This document shows, one piece after another, positions 27,097 through 37,600 of a stretch of DNA of 64,000 nt. Both the position numbers and the translations under genes were made by a program. Position 1 is the stretch's first letter, and every line of letters begins with the position of its first letter. The notes below the pieces were generated by a model. That model did not search any database, had not been told where the DNA came from, and was given only the letters and a program-made list of their open reading frames with translations. The DNA is taken from positions 32,001-96,000 of the IMG/VR virus record IMGVR_UViG_3300007177_000160; one strand, 5' to 3'. This DNA comes from a virus.

Positions 27097-27097
27097 T

Positions 27098-27421
27098 ATG
27101 AGACTATTTTATTACACCGAAAAACAAAAAATCGAAGACGGTGAAGAAATGGAACTAGTTACCAAGACTGGTTTTTCTTTTGATTTAGATAAGGTTGTTA
27201 TGACCTACCCTGAAGAAAAAGGACTAGCCGTTGTTTTGGCACACAATGCCGACAAAATCAATCCTGTAGAGTATGAATACAAGATTGACCCTGTAAGCAA
27301 GAAGAAAGTTCCAGTAAGAGTTAAGAAGTTTGAAATTACTTCCGAGCCTATTGTTATTTCTTTAACTAACATCGAAGAGATTAACAGATTCTTTGCAGAA
27401 ACAGGCGGACCCAAGTACTAA
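27098..27421 (+). CDS. hypothetical protein
   Basis: Last + strand gene before the terminator. Confidence 0.8.
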   Translation: MRLFYYTEKQKIEDGEEMELVTKTGFSFDLDKVVMTYPEEKGLAVVLAHNADKINPVEYEYKIDPVSKKKVPVRVKKFEITSEPIVISLTNIEEINRFFAETGGPKY

Positions 27422-27440
27422 ACTCTAAACACTCTCTATA

Positions 27441-27478
27441 AAAGAAAACCCAGTCTTAATAGGCTGGGTTTCTTTTTT
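27441..27478. terminator. bidirectional terminator at the strand-convergence point
   Basis: A-rich tract, aaacccagtct-taat-aggctgggttt stem, T-tract. Confidence 0.85.
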
Positions 27479-27480
27479 CG

Positions 27481-27848
27481 AGGAGATAGAGGGAATTGAA
27501 CCCTCGTCCAGAGAAAGCTGCAATTTAATGCTGTTTACACGCTTAGTACTGAGCAAGCTCTGCACCGTAAGGGTTGACCGAAGTCAGATTCCACCACCTA
27601 GTTGAGTTGTCGGTAAACTAGGAAACCTAGAAGCAAGCTTCATGTGCCATTTTCTGTTCCAGGGGATGACTCCCCGTGACTTAGGCTGCCATTTGATATT
27701 CGTTCACGAACTCAACTGCATCTTCAAAAGTCATGTCAGATAATTCTACGTTGCCGTTTAATTAGTTTGATACGTGATTATAGAGAACAGTACCATCTCT
27801 CTGCGTGAGCACTAAACCCAATCAATCCTGTCGATTCCTGTTATCCCC
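27481..27848 (-). ncRNA. ssrA: tmRNA; tag (A)GNVELSDMTFEDAVEFVNEYQMAA* at 27755..27681
   Basis: 5' GGGGAUA..GGAAUCGAC; T-arm GAGGG-UUCAAUU-CCCUC; acceptor stem GGGGAUA/UAUCUCC with G3.U70; uaaac before the resume codon; tag ends AA*. Confidence 0.92.
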
Positions 27849-27856
27849 AATTACTA

Positions 27857-27864
27857 CAAAGTTA
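27857..27864 (-). promoter_or_regulatory. -7 promoter element TAACTTTG for tmRNA
   Basis: TAnnTTTG 8 nt upstream of the tmRNA 5' end. Confidence 0.6.
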
Positions 27865-28125
27865 TATTCTAATTACTCTTGGTTGATCGATTTCGTCAGA
27901 AAAAATTACTTTTAATCCACAAATAGAACTTATAAAGACTCCTTCTGGAATCTCTGCATCTTCCTCAGTGTGAAATAACTCTCGTAAAAATTCTTTGTAA
28001 TGAGCATCAGTCATCATAACAGCATTAGGGTAAACTCCCAAATGGCGAGTTCCTTTATCGTCTGTTTCTTTTTCCGAATCAAGAAAAAACTGGTTAATTT
28101 GGGATTCAAGTTCCTGAATTGTCAT
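27862..28125 (-). CDS. hypothetical acidic protein
   Basis: ORF track. Confidence 0.7.
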   Translation of the reverse strand: MTIQELESQINQFFLDSEKETDDKGTRHLGVYPNAVMMTDAHYKEFLRELFHTEEDAEIPEGVFISSICGLKVIFSDEIDQPRVIRI

Positions 28126-28134
28126 AGCGGTAGA

Positions 28135-29121
28135 CTAAATAATTTTGCCGTCAATAATCTTCATATTATTAACATGGAAGGAAAGATCGGAATTAACTTC
28201 CACAAAAGCAAATCCATGTGACCATTTTGTGTAAGCAAAAGGTCTATAATCAGGTGATAAAGTACAAAGACAACCCATTGACCAAACGCCAGTAGATTCT
28301 CCGTTGATGTTGTTTTCGGAGTGGTGAGATACTTGATGGTTGTGTCCAAACAAAGTAGAAGACTTAGCCTTTAAAAACATTCCTCTTGCAGGGTTAACAG
28401 GTGAGAATACACTTTCTCCCATTTCGTGTCCGTGCAATACGTTCAATTTACCTAATTTAATAATCTCCCTATTAACCAAGTTGATTTTAAACTCACTCAA
28501 TGCTAACAGGTTTTCAAACTTCAAATTGTCAACGTCGCTAAACTCTTTGGCGTTACGTAATAGGTAATTACGAACACGCTCCTCGTGGTTACCTAACTTG
28601 TAATATATAGGTATAATTGGAAATAGTTCACGCAAGTAAGAGAAAAACGCTTTAGTCATCTCGATTTCCTCACGTAACGATGGCATACCTACCTCCTTAA
28701 TAAACGAACTTACTGGATGGCAGTCCATTATATCTCCATTTAGAATGATACAATCTATGTCATTGTTTAATCCCCACTCTAAGGCCGTAGACACAGCATC
28801 CATATCGTGATAAGGTATGTGTATGTCAGATAAAACTAAATAACGTCCTTCCTTTAGGTGAACGTTAGCCATTTCTTTGTTGTGGGAGAATACTTTTAGT
28901 TTTTCTAATCCCTCTTGAATTGTAGATTTATTAGTCACAAATGATTTGTCTTTTAAAGCCTTAAAATGATAGTTCCCTTTTACTCCCCTAAAATATCTAA
29001 TCGTATCTCTTACTCTCTCAATAGATGTAAGTTGTGGGTTTTCTTCTAAGATTAGTTTAGCAAGAGTGCGGTTCGGAACGTCAGGATACTTTTCTAAGTA
29101 AGCCTTAACGATTTCTCTCAT
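28135..29121 (-). CDS. calcineurin-like metallophosphoesterase with N-terminal helical domain
   Basis: SDIH, GDIMD, GNHE, HGH and GHNH motifs. Confidence 0.9.
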   Translation of the reverse strand: MREIVKAYLEKYPDVPNRTLAKLILEENPQLTSIERVRDTIRYFRGVKGNYHFKALKDKSFVTNKSTIQEGLEKLKVFSHNKEMANVHLKEGRYLVLSDIHIPYHDMDAVSTALEWGLNNDIDCIILNGDIMDCHPVSSFIKEVGMPSLREEIEMTKAFFSYLRELFPIIPIYYKLGNHEERVRNYLLRNAKEFSDVDNLKFENLLALSEFKINLVNREIIKLGKLNVLHGHEMGESVFSPVNPARGMFLKAKSSTLFGHNHQVSHHSENNINGESTGVWSMGCLCTLSPDYRPFAYTKWSHGFAFVEVNSDLSFHVNNMKIIDGKII

Positions 29122-29131
29122 AGTAATAATA

Positions 29132-29485
29132 TTAATTAAAAATAATTAACAGAAACGAAAGCACCACTGCACCCCAAAAGCCCTTCTTGTAGAATTTTAA
29201 TTCTGATTGGCTATCGTCGTATAGTTTATAATACTTTCGTAACTCTACTCCTGTAGTGTCAATAACATGCTGCATGCTAGGGACTACAGAATCCTTGTAG
29301 TTGTGTATGATAACGCTATCTGCTTTTCTGATGCGTTGTAATGCTACTACCCTCTCTCTGGCTTGAATACCTTTGAGAAACTCTTTATTCAACTCCTTTA
29401 GCGGTAAGCTGTCTAGAGATTGAGAATAAGAGTTTTGTACCCTCAAGATCAGGCATAGTATCAATAGCAATTTGAATCGTGTCAT
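29132..29485 (-). CDS. putative spanin component
   Basis: N-terminal signal, coiled coil and C-terminal hydrophobic tail; overlaps 29385..29717 downstream of the holin. Confidence 0.5.
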   Translation of the reverse strand: MTRFKLLLILCLILRVQNSYSQSLDSLPLKELNKEFLKGIQARERVVALQRIRKADSVIIHNYKDSVVPSMQHVIDTTGVELRKYYKLYDDSQSELKFYKKGFWGAVVLSFLLIIFN

Positions 29486-29717
29486 ATTTTAACTTTACTT
29501 TTGTGTACTCTTTGTAAAGCTGCACCTTTACCTTCTGTAAAGAATCAACCTTAGCAAATAAAAGCTCGTTCTTTTTATTAACTGAATCTAAGTACAAAAG
29601 CAAACGAGTGTCGTCTTGTTGTACAGGAGCAAACAATCTATAAGAAAGTACGAGGGCTATAATAAACAAAAGGACTACTATAAGAGTCCCTTGTGCGTTA
29701 TTTTCTTTGTTTTTCAT
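29385..29717 (-). CDS. putative inner-membrane spanin
   Basis: N-terminal TM plus coiled coil, adjacent to the holin. Confidence 0.55.
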   Translation of the reverse strand: MKNKENNAQGTLIVVLLFIIALVLSYRLFAPVQQDDTRLLLYLDSVNKKNELLFAKVDSLQKVKVQLYKEYTKVKLKYDTIQIAIDTMPDLEGTKLLFSISRQLTAKGVE

Positions 29718-30120
29718 TTACCTTATGGGTATCTATTTTTTCCAGAATGATAGTAAGTAATTCATTCTTAATTAAACCTGCTCGTGCCGCGTTCTTTAGA
29801 GCCGAGATTAATTGAAATAAAATAAATGGAGCCACTACAGTTTCGCTCAACCAGAAAGTTCCATCAAATCCTTTTTCTATAACAAGTACCCCTGTCAATA
29901 AAAAAATCCAAACTACTAATGTTTGTAGTACTTTAATTGCTTTGTTTGTACGAAAACCTTCCATTTTAGTTCCCGCAATAACTCCAAAGAATCCATCTAT
30001 GAAGATTACGCAAACTACAGCTAAGTACTGGTCAATGTTTTCTGCACCTAGATTAAAGAAATAAGTACCTAAAAAGGCAAAGACGGTGGTAGAGAGATAT
30101 AACAACGTAGTAGTTTTCAT
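29698..30120 (-). CDS. putative holin
   Basis: Multiple TMs; D.FFGV...F.T.K...ISALKNA pattern; charged C-terminus. Confidence 0.75.
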   Translation of the reverse strand: MKTTTLLYLSTTVFAFLGTYFFNLGAENIDQYLAVVCVIFIDGFFGVIAGTKMEGFRTNKAIKVLQTLVVWIFLLTGVLVIEKGFDGTFWLSETVVAPFILFQLISALKNAARAGLIKNELLTIILEKIDTHKVNEKQRK

Positions 30121-30335
30121 TATGGGTAGTCAATAACTATTGGTGGGAAATCATCATCAGTTAAAGTTATAATAGGAGCGCCTTGTGGTAAAATATCTCC
30201 AAAGTCTCCTAATGAGTTAGCGTTACACACATAACGACCATCTAAAGTAACAGCATAGTTAAAAGTATCTACACCTCTGCGTAGACCTACGTTAGTTTCA
30301 GCTACTTCCTGAGATATAACAATGTATTGTGCCAT
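30120..30335 (-). CDS. hypothetical protein
   Basis: Coupled to neighbours. Confidence 0.7.
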   Translation of the reverse strand: MAQYIVISQEVAETNVGLRRGVDTFNYAVTLDGRYVCNANSLGDFGDILPQGAPIITLTDDDFPPIVIDYP

Positions 30336-31231
30336 TATTTTCCAACTGCTGTTTGAAAGTTATACAAAGCCAATCTAAACTGTAAGAATTGAGCATCGTC
30401 AATCGCAGCTTTTGACATATAAAAATACTTATACAATTTATTAGAGCGTAAGGATGGAGTATTAGCTCCTCCGACACCATCAGACGTTGCAGCTAAGAAC
30501 ATTTTATTAGTGAAAGAAGCACTTGGATTTATAGTAACAAAGTTTTGTCCTCTCATGTAGTTACTTCCTGAACCTGTGTTAAAATAAAATACCTTTGCTT
30601 CACTAGCAGATCTTCTTACAAATGCCCAGTGACCTACAGCTTGGCCATTTCCGTCTACACTATTAAAAGTAACACGTGCAGCTTGTTCATTAAAAGACCA
30701 AATATCTAGTAAGTTTGCATTATTAGAAAACCATACGGCTCTAGCACGGCTATAACCCCCTGTACCATCAACAGTTTCTGTAATGCCCATAGGAATTTCT
30801 GTTCTAGAATTAAATCCTGTAGCATCGTAACATCCAAACATAAAATCAGCTATAGAAAATCCAGGAACAGAAATAGGAGAAAAATTAGTATCTCCGTGTT
30901 GAGTAGTTCCATCAAACTGAAGTCCTTTTGCTACTAACGTAGGACTGCCTGTCCAAATAATCTGATAAGTAGCAGGATCTTTTAGGTTATAAGTTGTTTG
31001 TGATAAACTATTTCCAAGTAAAGGATAAAAAGCATACATTCTATCCCACATATTACAAGCCTTTAAAGCAATAACAAAGTTATCTACAGCGGTTCTTTCA
31101 GTAGAATCAGTAATATTAGCTGCAGTAACATAAGCTAATGCATCTAAATCATTTACAGGAGAGAGTGCTCCTCCCCCTCCTCCGCCTATGATTTTAATAG
31201 GATTACGTATGCCAAAACTTAACCCAATCAT
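30335..31231 (-). CDS. putative tail-associated lectin/LamG-like protein
   Basis: Gly hinge; FV..LK...W....A.YP.LG and FDGT motifs; beta-rich. Confidence 0.6.
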   Translation of the reverse strand: MIGLSFGIRNPIKIIGGGGGGALSPVNDLDALAYVTAANITDSTERTAVDNFVIALKACNMWDRMYAFYPLLGNSLSQTTYNLKDPATYQIIWTGSPTLVAKGLQFDGTTQHGDTNFSPISVPGFSIADFMFGCYDATGFNSRTEIPMGITETVDGTGGYSRARAVWFSNNANLLDIWSFNEQAARVTFNSVDGNGQAVGHWAFVRRSASEAKVFYFNTGSGSNYMRGQNFVTINPSASFTNKMFLAATSDGVGGANTPSLRSNKLYKYFYMSKAAIDDAQFLQFRLALYNFQTAVGK

Positions 31232-31236
31232 GAGTC

Positions 31237-31548
31237 TTATTTATAAGCTATGATACTTCCAGAAGAAATAGCAAATCCTGTAATGTTACCTCCGCCAGGT
31301 AAGTAAGCGCCTTGTTTAAAAGTTACGCCTGACATACCGCGAAGAGTAAGTTGTTCTACTCCATTAACTTTAAATGAAGTAAACACAGTGTCTTCTTGTG
31401 GAACAACTGCCACAAAGTTTACATCGTTTACAGTACCTGTTGCGTAACGAACAAAACCACCTGCACCAGCTAATGTTCCAGTGCTTGCAGCAATCTGTCT
31501 TAATTTCTTAGAATGTTCGTCTAATTTTTGAGAAATGTCCCATGCCAT
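31237..31548 (-). CDS. putative virion/tail accessory protein
   Basis: Beta-rich; ends SGSIIAYK. Confidence 0.65.
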   Translation of the reverse strand: MAWDISQKLDEHSKKLRQIAASTGTLAGAGGFVRYATGTVNDVNFVAVVPQEDTVFTSFKVNGVEQLTLRGMSGVTFKQGAYLPGGGNITGFAISSGSIIAYK

Positions 31549-31595
31549 AATTGTATACGTTTAAATTAATAAACCAGTCTTTCGACTCGCTTATA

Positions 31596-31625
31596 CAAAT
31601 ATAACTTTAAATAAAATAAATGCAA
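31596..31625 (-). promoter_or_regulatory. Bacteroidota promoter TTG-N19-TATATTTG
   Basis: caaatata 31596-31603 and caa 31623-31625 on the + strand. Confidence 0.7.
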
Positions 31626-31634
31626 GAGACTGAT

Positions 31635-34600
31635 TTAAAACTCTTCTGTAATATCTAAGCCTTCTCTAGTTAAGAAATAAGGTCTAAATAAAGCAGGAGT
31701 ATATGTTCTATCAGTATCTTTTCTTGCGTCCATTTCTGATACAGCTTTAGCAAATCTAGTTTGTAAGTCTGTCATTTCTTCATAGATTGAAGCAGGAACC
31801 TCACGACCACTTGAAGTATAAGCTTGCATCTTCTTTTGAATTTCTTTCAATTGTTTTTTATACTGGAGTTTAAGCTGGCCGCCTATAGTACGAGTTTTCA
31901 TTGTTTCTACTCCACCATAGTTTTCTTTGTAACGTGTTCTTAAATCTCTAGTATAGGTCTTTGGCATATAAGAGTTAAATGCACGGTTTTGGTAATCCAT
32001 TGATTGCGCATCTAAACCTAAAGACAATCCTCTCGCTCCGAGTAATTCCATAGCTAAGACTTGTAACCCAGGTTTTCCAGCTTGGGTTGGGTGAGTACGA
32101 TCCCAATCTATCTTAGAAGAATTAGGTCTGTATTTATAGTATGGGTCTGTACTATATAAACCTCCATCAAAATCAGCAAACTTTCTAAATACGCTAAACG
32201 GACCAAACAATGACCAACCAAATTTCTCAAACCCACCAATACCATTGGCATTCTCTCTAAGGTAGGTAAATAAGAACTCATTGGCTCCCCAAATAGTAAA
32301 CACACCCTCGACTTCATTGTTAATCTTCTTAGAGAAGAAACAGAAATAGTCTTTCCAGTTAGCTTCACCATCGTCTTCACAATTCATGTAAGCTGACATA
32401 GCCCCAATAGCATTAGCAAACATAACAAACATACCGTAGTTTAAACCAAATTGTTGTAAACCTGCTCGCTCTGCTGCCGTTAGATTTTGGTATCCTGTCC
32501 AGAACTTACCATTTTCATAGAAAGTTTCTTGTAAGAAACGACCAAAGGCTCTATGTGCTCCTATTGTTTTTATTCCAGAACCGTAGTGAATAGTGCCACC
32601 ACCCCATTCAGTTTTTAAATGTTGAGGCATCCATTTTTTCAAGAACAAAAGTTGACGAACTAGTGAATACTTTGCAACAGTTGGCTGTCCTAACTTATCA
32701 TATACACCTTGGGCTCTGTAGTTAGCCAAGCGGATATCGTCCCTGATTTTCTGGAGAAATGCTGGGCTAATCTTTATGTTAGGTTTGATAGATAAAACAC
32801 CATCTACTAACTCAAACGCATCTTTTAATTTGTAAATAGTTCCGTCGTCTGCAGTTACATTATACTTGTCTAAGAAAGCAAACGTAGTCATTGCAGCAAT
32901 ATCATATTCTGTATATTCTCTGTAAGTTCCTACTGCTCTCCAAAACTTAGAGTATCTACGTAATCCTCGATTAGTAAGTTTAGCAAAGTCTTCCGAGTAA
33001 TTAGCTTGTGTACCTCCAAAGAAATCAATAATCTGCATGCGCAATGGTTGCATGCCTGTTTGATTGTGTGAAGTAAAGAAATCATAAGATAAACCAAATG
33101 TTTCTTTGTATGCTGCTAGGTAGTTGGCATAAGTTAATCCATTACTTTTGGTAAAAATTAAGTTATTCTTATATCCCGTAAACTGGTTGACTGGTGCACT
33201 AATAACGTTATACGCTAATGACTTTGAACCTGCCAAACGGCCTACAATATTGAAGATAGCGTTCATAATCTTACCTCCAATATGTTTAGGATTATTTACT
33301 ACTTTACCGTAGAACTGTCTGTCAATTAAATCACGTACTACGCCTCCCTCTTTTATTCCAGAAAGATTCTCGTACACCTCCTCCATAGCTAACACGGTAG
33401 ACTGTAGGTTTCTGAGCGATTTAAACCTAGCCGAAGACTCCGCATACAAACCGATAGATCTTAATAGGTCGTAAGATTGTTGCTCAATAGGTAAAGGTTT
33501 GCTGTATCTAATAAATAGTTTACGCGATTCTCTTTCTATTGGGTTTCCGTAAGGATCTAATTGGTCTTCTTCTGTAGTTTCATCTACATCAGACATTGCT
33601 GTACGTGCACCTAGTACAAAGTTTTTGCTTTCTTCAATAATATTAGCAAGCGGATTAGCTCGCCCAGTTACCAAGTCAATAGCATTTTCTGCGCCTGTTT
33701 TATAAACACCTGGCAATACATCTCCTGGTTTATCTTTTGCGTAGTTACCTTCTTGGCTCTTATAATAAAATGCTCTTAAATTTTCTAACGCACTTTTTTG
33801 TTGAGCAGATAAGTTGGCGTAACTAGCATTATAGTAAGGACCTGATGTAGTCTCTTTAAAAGTAACATTGCCTGGACTATATTTAGGGTTTCTAAATTGT
33901 TCAGATACTTTAGGAGTATACCAATAAAAAGACGGAGCTTCTTTGTCTACGTAACTTGGATTGTTTGGAACTGTTACACGCCAGAAATACAAAGGTTCGT
34001 AAACAGAAACCATTTGCTGTATATCTTTATCGTAGCGAGACTTAATAATATGGTTGTCTTGAAACCACTGAGATTCTCTAAAAGCTTTGTGAACTAGTTC
34101 TTCAATATCAGCAGTTTCAAGAGTTGGATTAGCACCAGTTATTTGTGTCCGTAAACTGGCCTTAATGCTTGCTACAGTTTCTTCATAATATTTACTATTA
34201 GTAGATGATTGTAAATCTTGTAATTCAGCAAATAAATCTTTTAAATCTTCTTTGTCTTGCTTACTTAGCGGTGATTTACTTTTATCAATTGCTTTAATGT
34301 TTTCTATTTCTTCTTCAATTGCTTTAGCAGTTCTTCTTACGTTATCGTTAATCTCAGAAGGTTTGTAGTGACCGTCTCGGTCTTTCTTACCCAACAATAA
34401 ATTAAATAAAGACTCATACGCGGTTTTAAGTTGAGGACCTTGCTCACCTAAGATTTCTTGAATCTGATCAATAATAGCCTGACGCTCATCATAAAACTCT
34501 TGTTTATAGATAGTGCGAGTGTAAATATCTAACCATCTATTATAGTCATCATAAGCAGCTTGTTTTTCTGCTGGAGTAGAAGCAGCCGCTAAAGCGTTGG

Positions 34601-37600
34601 TTAATTCAGCTTTCTTAGAATTTAAGGCAGCCTGGAATAACTCTTGAGTTTCTTGATTTAAAGGAGGAAACTCAACGACTTGATTAGCTCTTCTTAGATT
34701 CTTCCAATCATAAATAGCTTTAGCTACTCGGTAGCCTTCACTGTTTTCAGGTTTTAAGTTACCATTGGTGTCATAGAAAGATTCCATGTCATCTAATTCT
34801 TTTTGATAACTTCTTAGTAACTGGTAGTCGTCATAATCTACGGTGTCTGCACTTACAAAAGATGCACGACTAGCAGCCATTGCTCTATATAATTCGTTTC
34901 TACGGTCTCTAATATCTTGAGGCAATTGCTCTTGTATCTCGTAGTACTCGTCAGTAAATGGTCTTTCAGTATATTTAGCTTGGAACTCTTTTAGGTCTTC
35001 GGCAGCTTGCTCTATCTTTTGAGTTACAGCAAGTCTACGCGCTTGTGCTTGAGTACTATTATCGTTAGGATCTAAATCAGCTATTTCATTCATAGAATAA
35101 TCTATGATGAATTTTAACTCAGTCATTCTATTACGCATTGCAATAGTATCAGTTGAGTTATTTAAAGCCAAAACAATCTTATCGGTTACTAATTTACCGT
35201 CAACAACTTCGTACAAAGGAACTTCTCTGTACATTCCATCATAGAATGTCTTAGAGTCAACTATAGAACCAGCGAATTGTGGACCTTGTGCATCAAATAC
35301 TTCGTCGGTTAATCTCTCTAACTCGCCACGCATACCTACGAGAGACGCTCTGTAATCAGAATCTAATCCTTGTAAATAGGTAGCAATAATTTGAATACCT
35401 GCATTTTTAGTAGTACTAGCGGTATCCAATGCAGCAAACCAAGTGCTATTCGTATCGCTTAATTGTTTACGAATATTATCTTTAGTTGGTACGTTTTTAT
35501 CAAACTCTTTCTGGAGATTACTGGCTTTGTTAATTAAACGCTCAACAGCCTTGCTCTTTAAACTAAATTGCTTAGTAAATTCTCCTAGACTATAATCACG
35601 CTCAGTACCATCATTGAAAGAAACCCTCATCTTTAAATCTACGCCACTTCCTATTGTACTAACATTTGTAGCTCTTACATTAGGATCGGTAGGTAGAGAT
35701 TGTCCAGTTACATCATAGTTGTCTGGAGTTAAACGAGACATAAAATTATTTATGTCATTATTGTATACGGTTTTTAAATTCTCAGCAGCTTCTTTAAAAT
35801 ACTCTTCAAGTTCTTCCAATACAGGTTCTTGAATAAGACCTTCATGATTAGAGATAATAGTATTTACAGATTGCTGCATCCAAAATAACGCTTTTGCTAT
35901 TGGATGATTTTTAAATAAAGCAGGGTTGTTTTTAGCTTGTTCTATGCTCTCTCTTAATTCAGGACCAAATAATCCTTTATTAGGATTAGCAACCACGCCT
36001 AACAATGCGTCAATTTGTTTTTTAACTGCTTGAGCCTGTAAGTAAGCTCTATGATAATCCCCTAGTTTCTTTCCAGGAGGAATATCAGTTGCTTTTTGTA
36101 AAGCAGCAATATGTCTTTGAATAGAATTTAGGTAAATAGTCATGTACCTAACATATTCAGCAAAGTCTAATACGGCTTCTGCAACATCTTCTTTAGTTAA
36201 GGTTGCAACTAATCGACCTTTATTCTTGTTTAGAATATCTCCTGCAGCAGGAAGAGATTCTGATTTACGTAATTCTTCAGCGGCAAAGTACTTGTTTCGC
36301 TCAATCATACGTCCCATATCACTCTCAGTAATAGCTTCAGTAATTAGCTTTATTTGTTCAGCTGCTGTTTGAAACTCATTAGGTGCATTAGGATCTTTTT
36401 TAACATAAATAGTTATAGCGTCTTGTTGTTCTGGAGAAAGTAATCTACTTTCCATGTAATCAGACAACTCAGGTGACTTGGGATAAAATTCAAAGGATGC
36501 ATCAGGATCATGCAGACTCTTAACTAAATCACTTAAGTTTTTAGGCTCTGCACCATACATACCTAAAGAAGCTAGCAAGTCAGTAAAGAACTTTTTAATT
36601 TTGGCAAATATTCCAGTCTTGGGACTAAAGTCAGCAGCTTGTCTGCCTAATTCAGTAGTAATTACTTCTTCCCAAAACTTATCACCTGTATAATCAGGAT
36701 ATAAACTTTCTACTAAAGTCTTTGCAGACATAGTAGGATTTTCGTCGTGTAATTTAATTACCTCACGTTTAAGCGACTCAAATAACTCAGGGTTAGTTTG
36801 TTTTATTCCCCGAACTAAAATATGCCCAAACTCGTGCCAAGGTGTCTCGTCATTAATAAAGTAAGGATTAAGTAACACTACGCCTGTGTTCATATCAATC
36901 TTACCTGCACCTGGTATGCTAGAGTCCCATTTCCAGGTAACTCCAGGGAATCTACTAACAAGTTTATTTAGTGTGTTAGTATATCTTTCTACGTTAGCTT
37001 CACTAATAGCAGCTTTCTCAATAATAACACGCTGAGCAAACTCTCCATTTAACGGAAGAACTTCTCCATCAATAAGCAATTCATTGCCTTGTATCAGTTT
37101 TTCAGCAATAGCAGCTCTTTCTTTATTTAAAGATTCTTGTAATTCAATTAACTCAAACTCTGCGCGTACTTCTTCCTCCGTTACGGTATCAGCAACTCGA
37201 ACAATATTATCAGCAAAGTCTGTAGTAACTTCTAATTCAACGTAAGTAGTTCCGTTAGGTTCTTGTCTAGCCCAGGCTATTTGTTGACCTCCAAAAAGGT
37301 TGTAGCGGGTGTTAATCTCGTTAGCTGTTCTGTTTGCATAAGACCACAATGATTCTCTACTAAAAGATTTGCTTGAATTAGGATTGTTTACGTGGAATAT
37401 AAAATTACCTTGCATGCGAATAGACTTTCGTCCACCAATACGAGCCTGCTCAAGTTCTAAAATCCTACGATAAGCAATTTGCCTAGCTTCATATTTAGTT
37501 TGAGCAGCTAAAAAGTTTCTATCGTTGCGTAAAGACTCTACTAAATCTGAACTAATCTCTTGGCGTAAGTACCGAGCTATAACAGTTTCTACTGGAGCGC

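Noticed and set aside
27481-27510. tRNA gene
   Set aside because: The T-arm and acceptor strand belong to the tmRNA; there is no anticodon arm and the 5' partner is about 360 nt away
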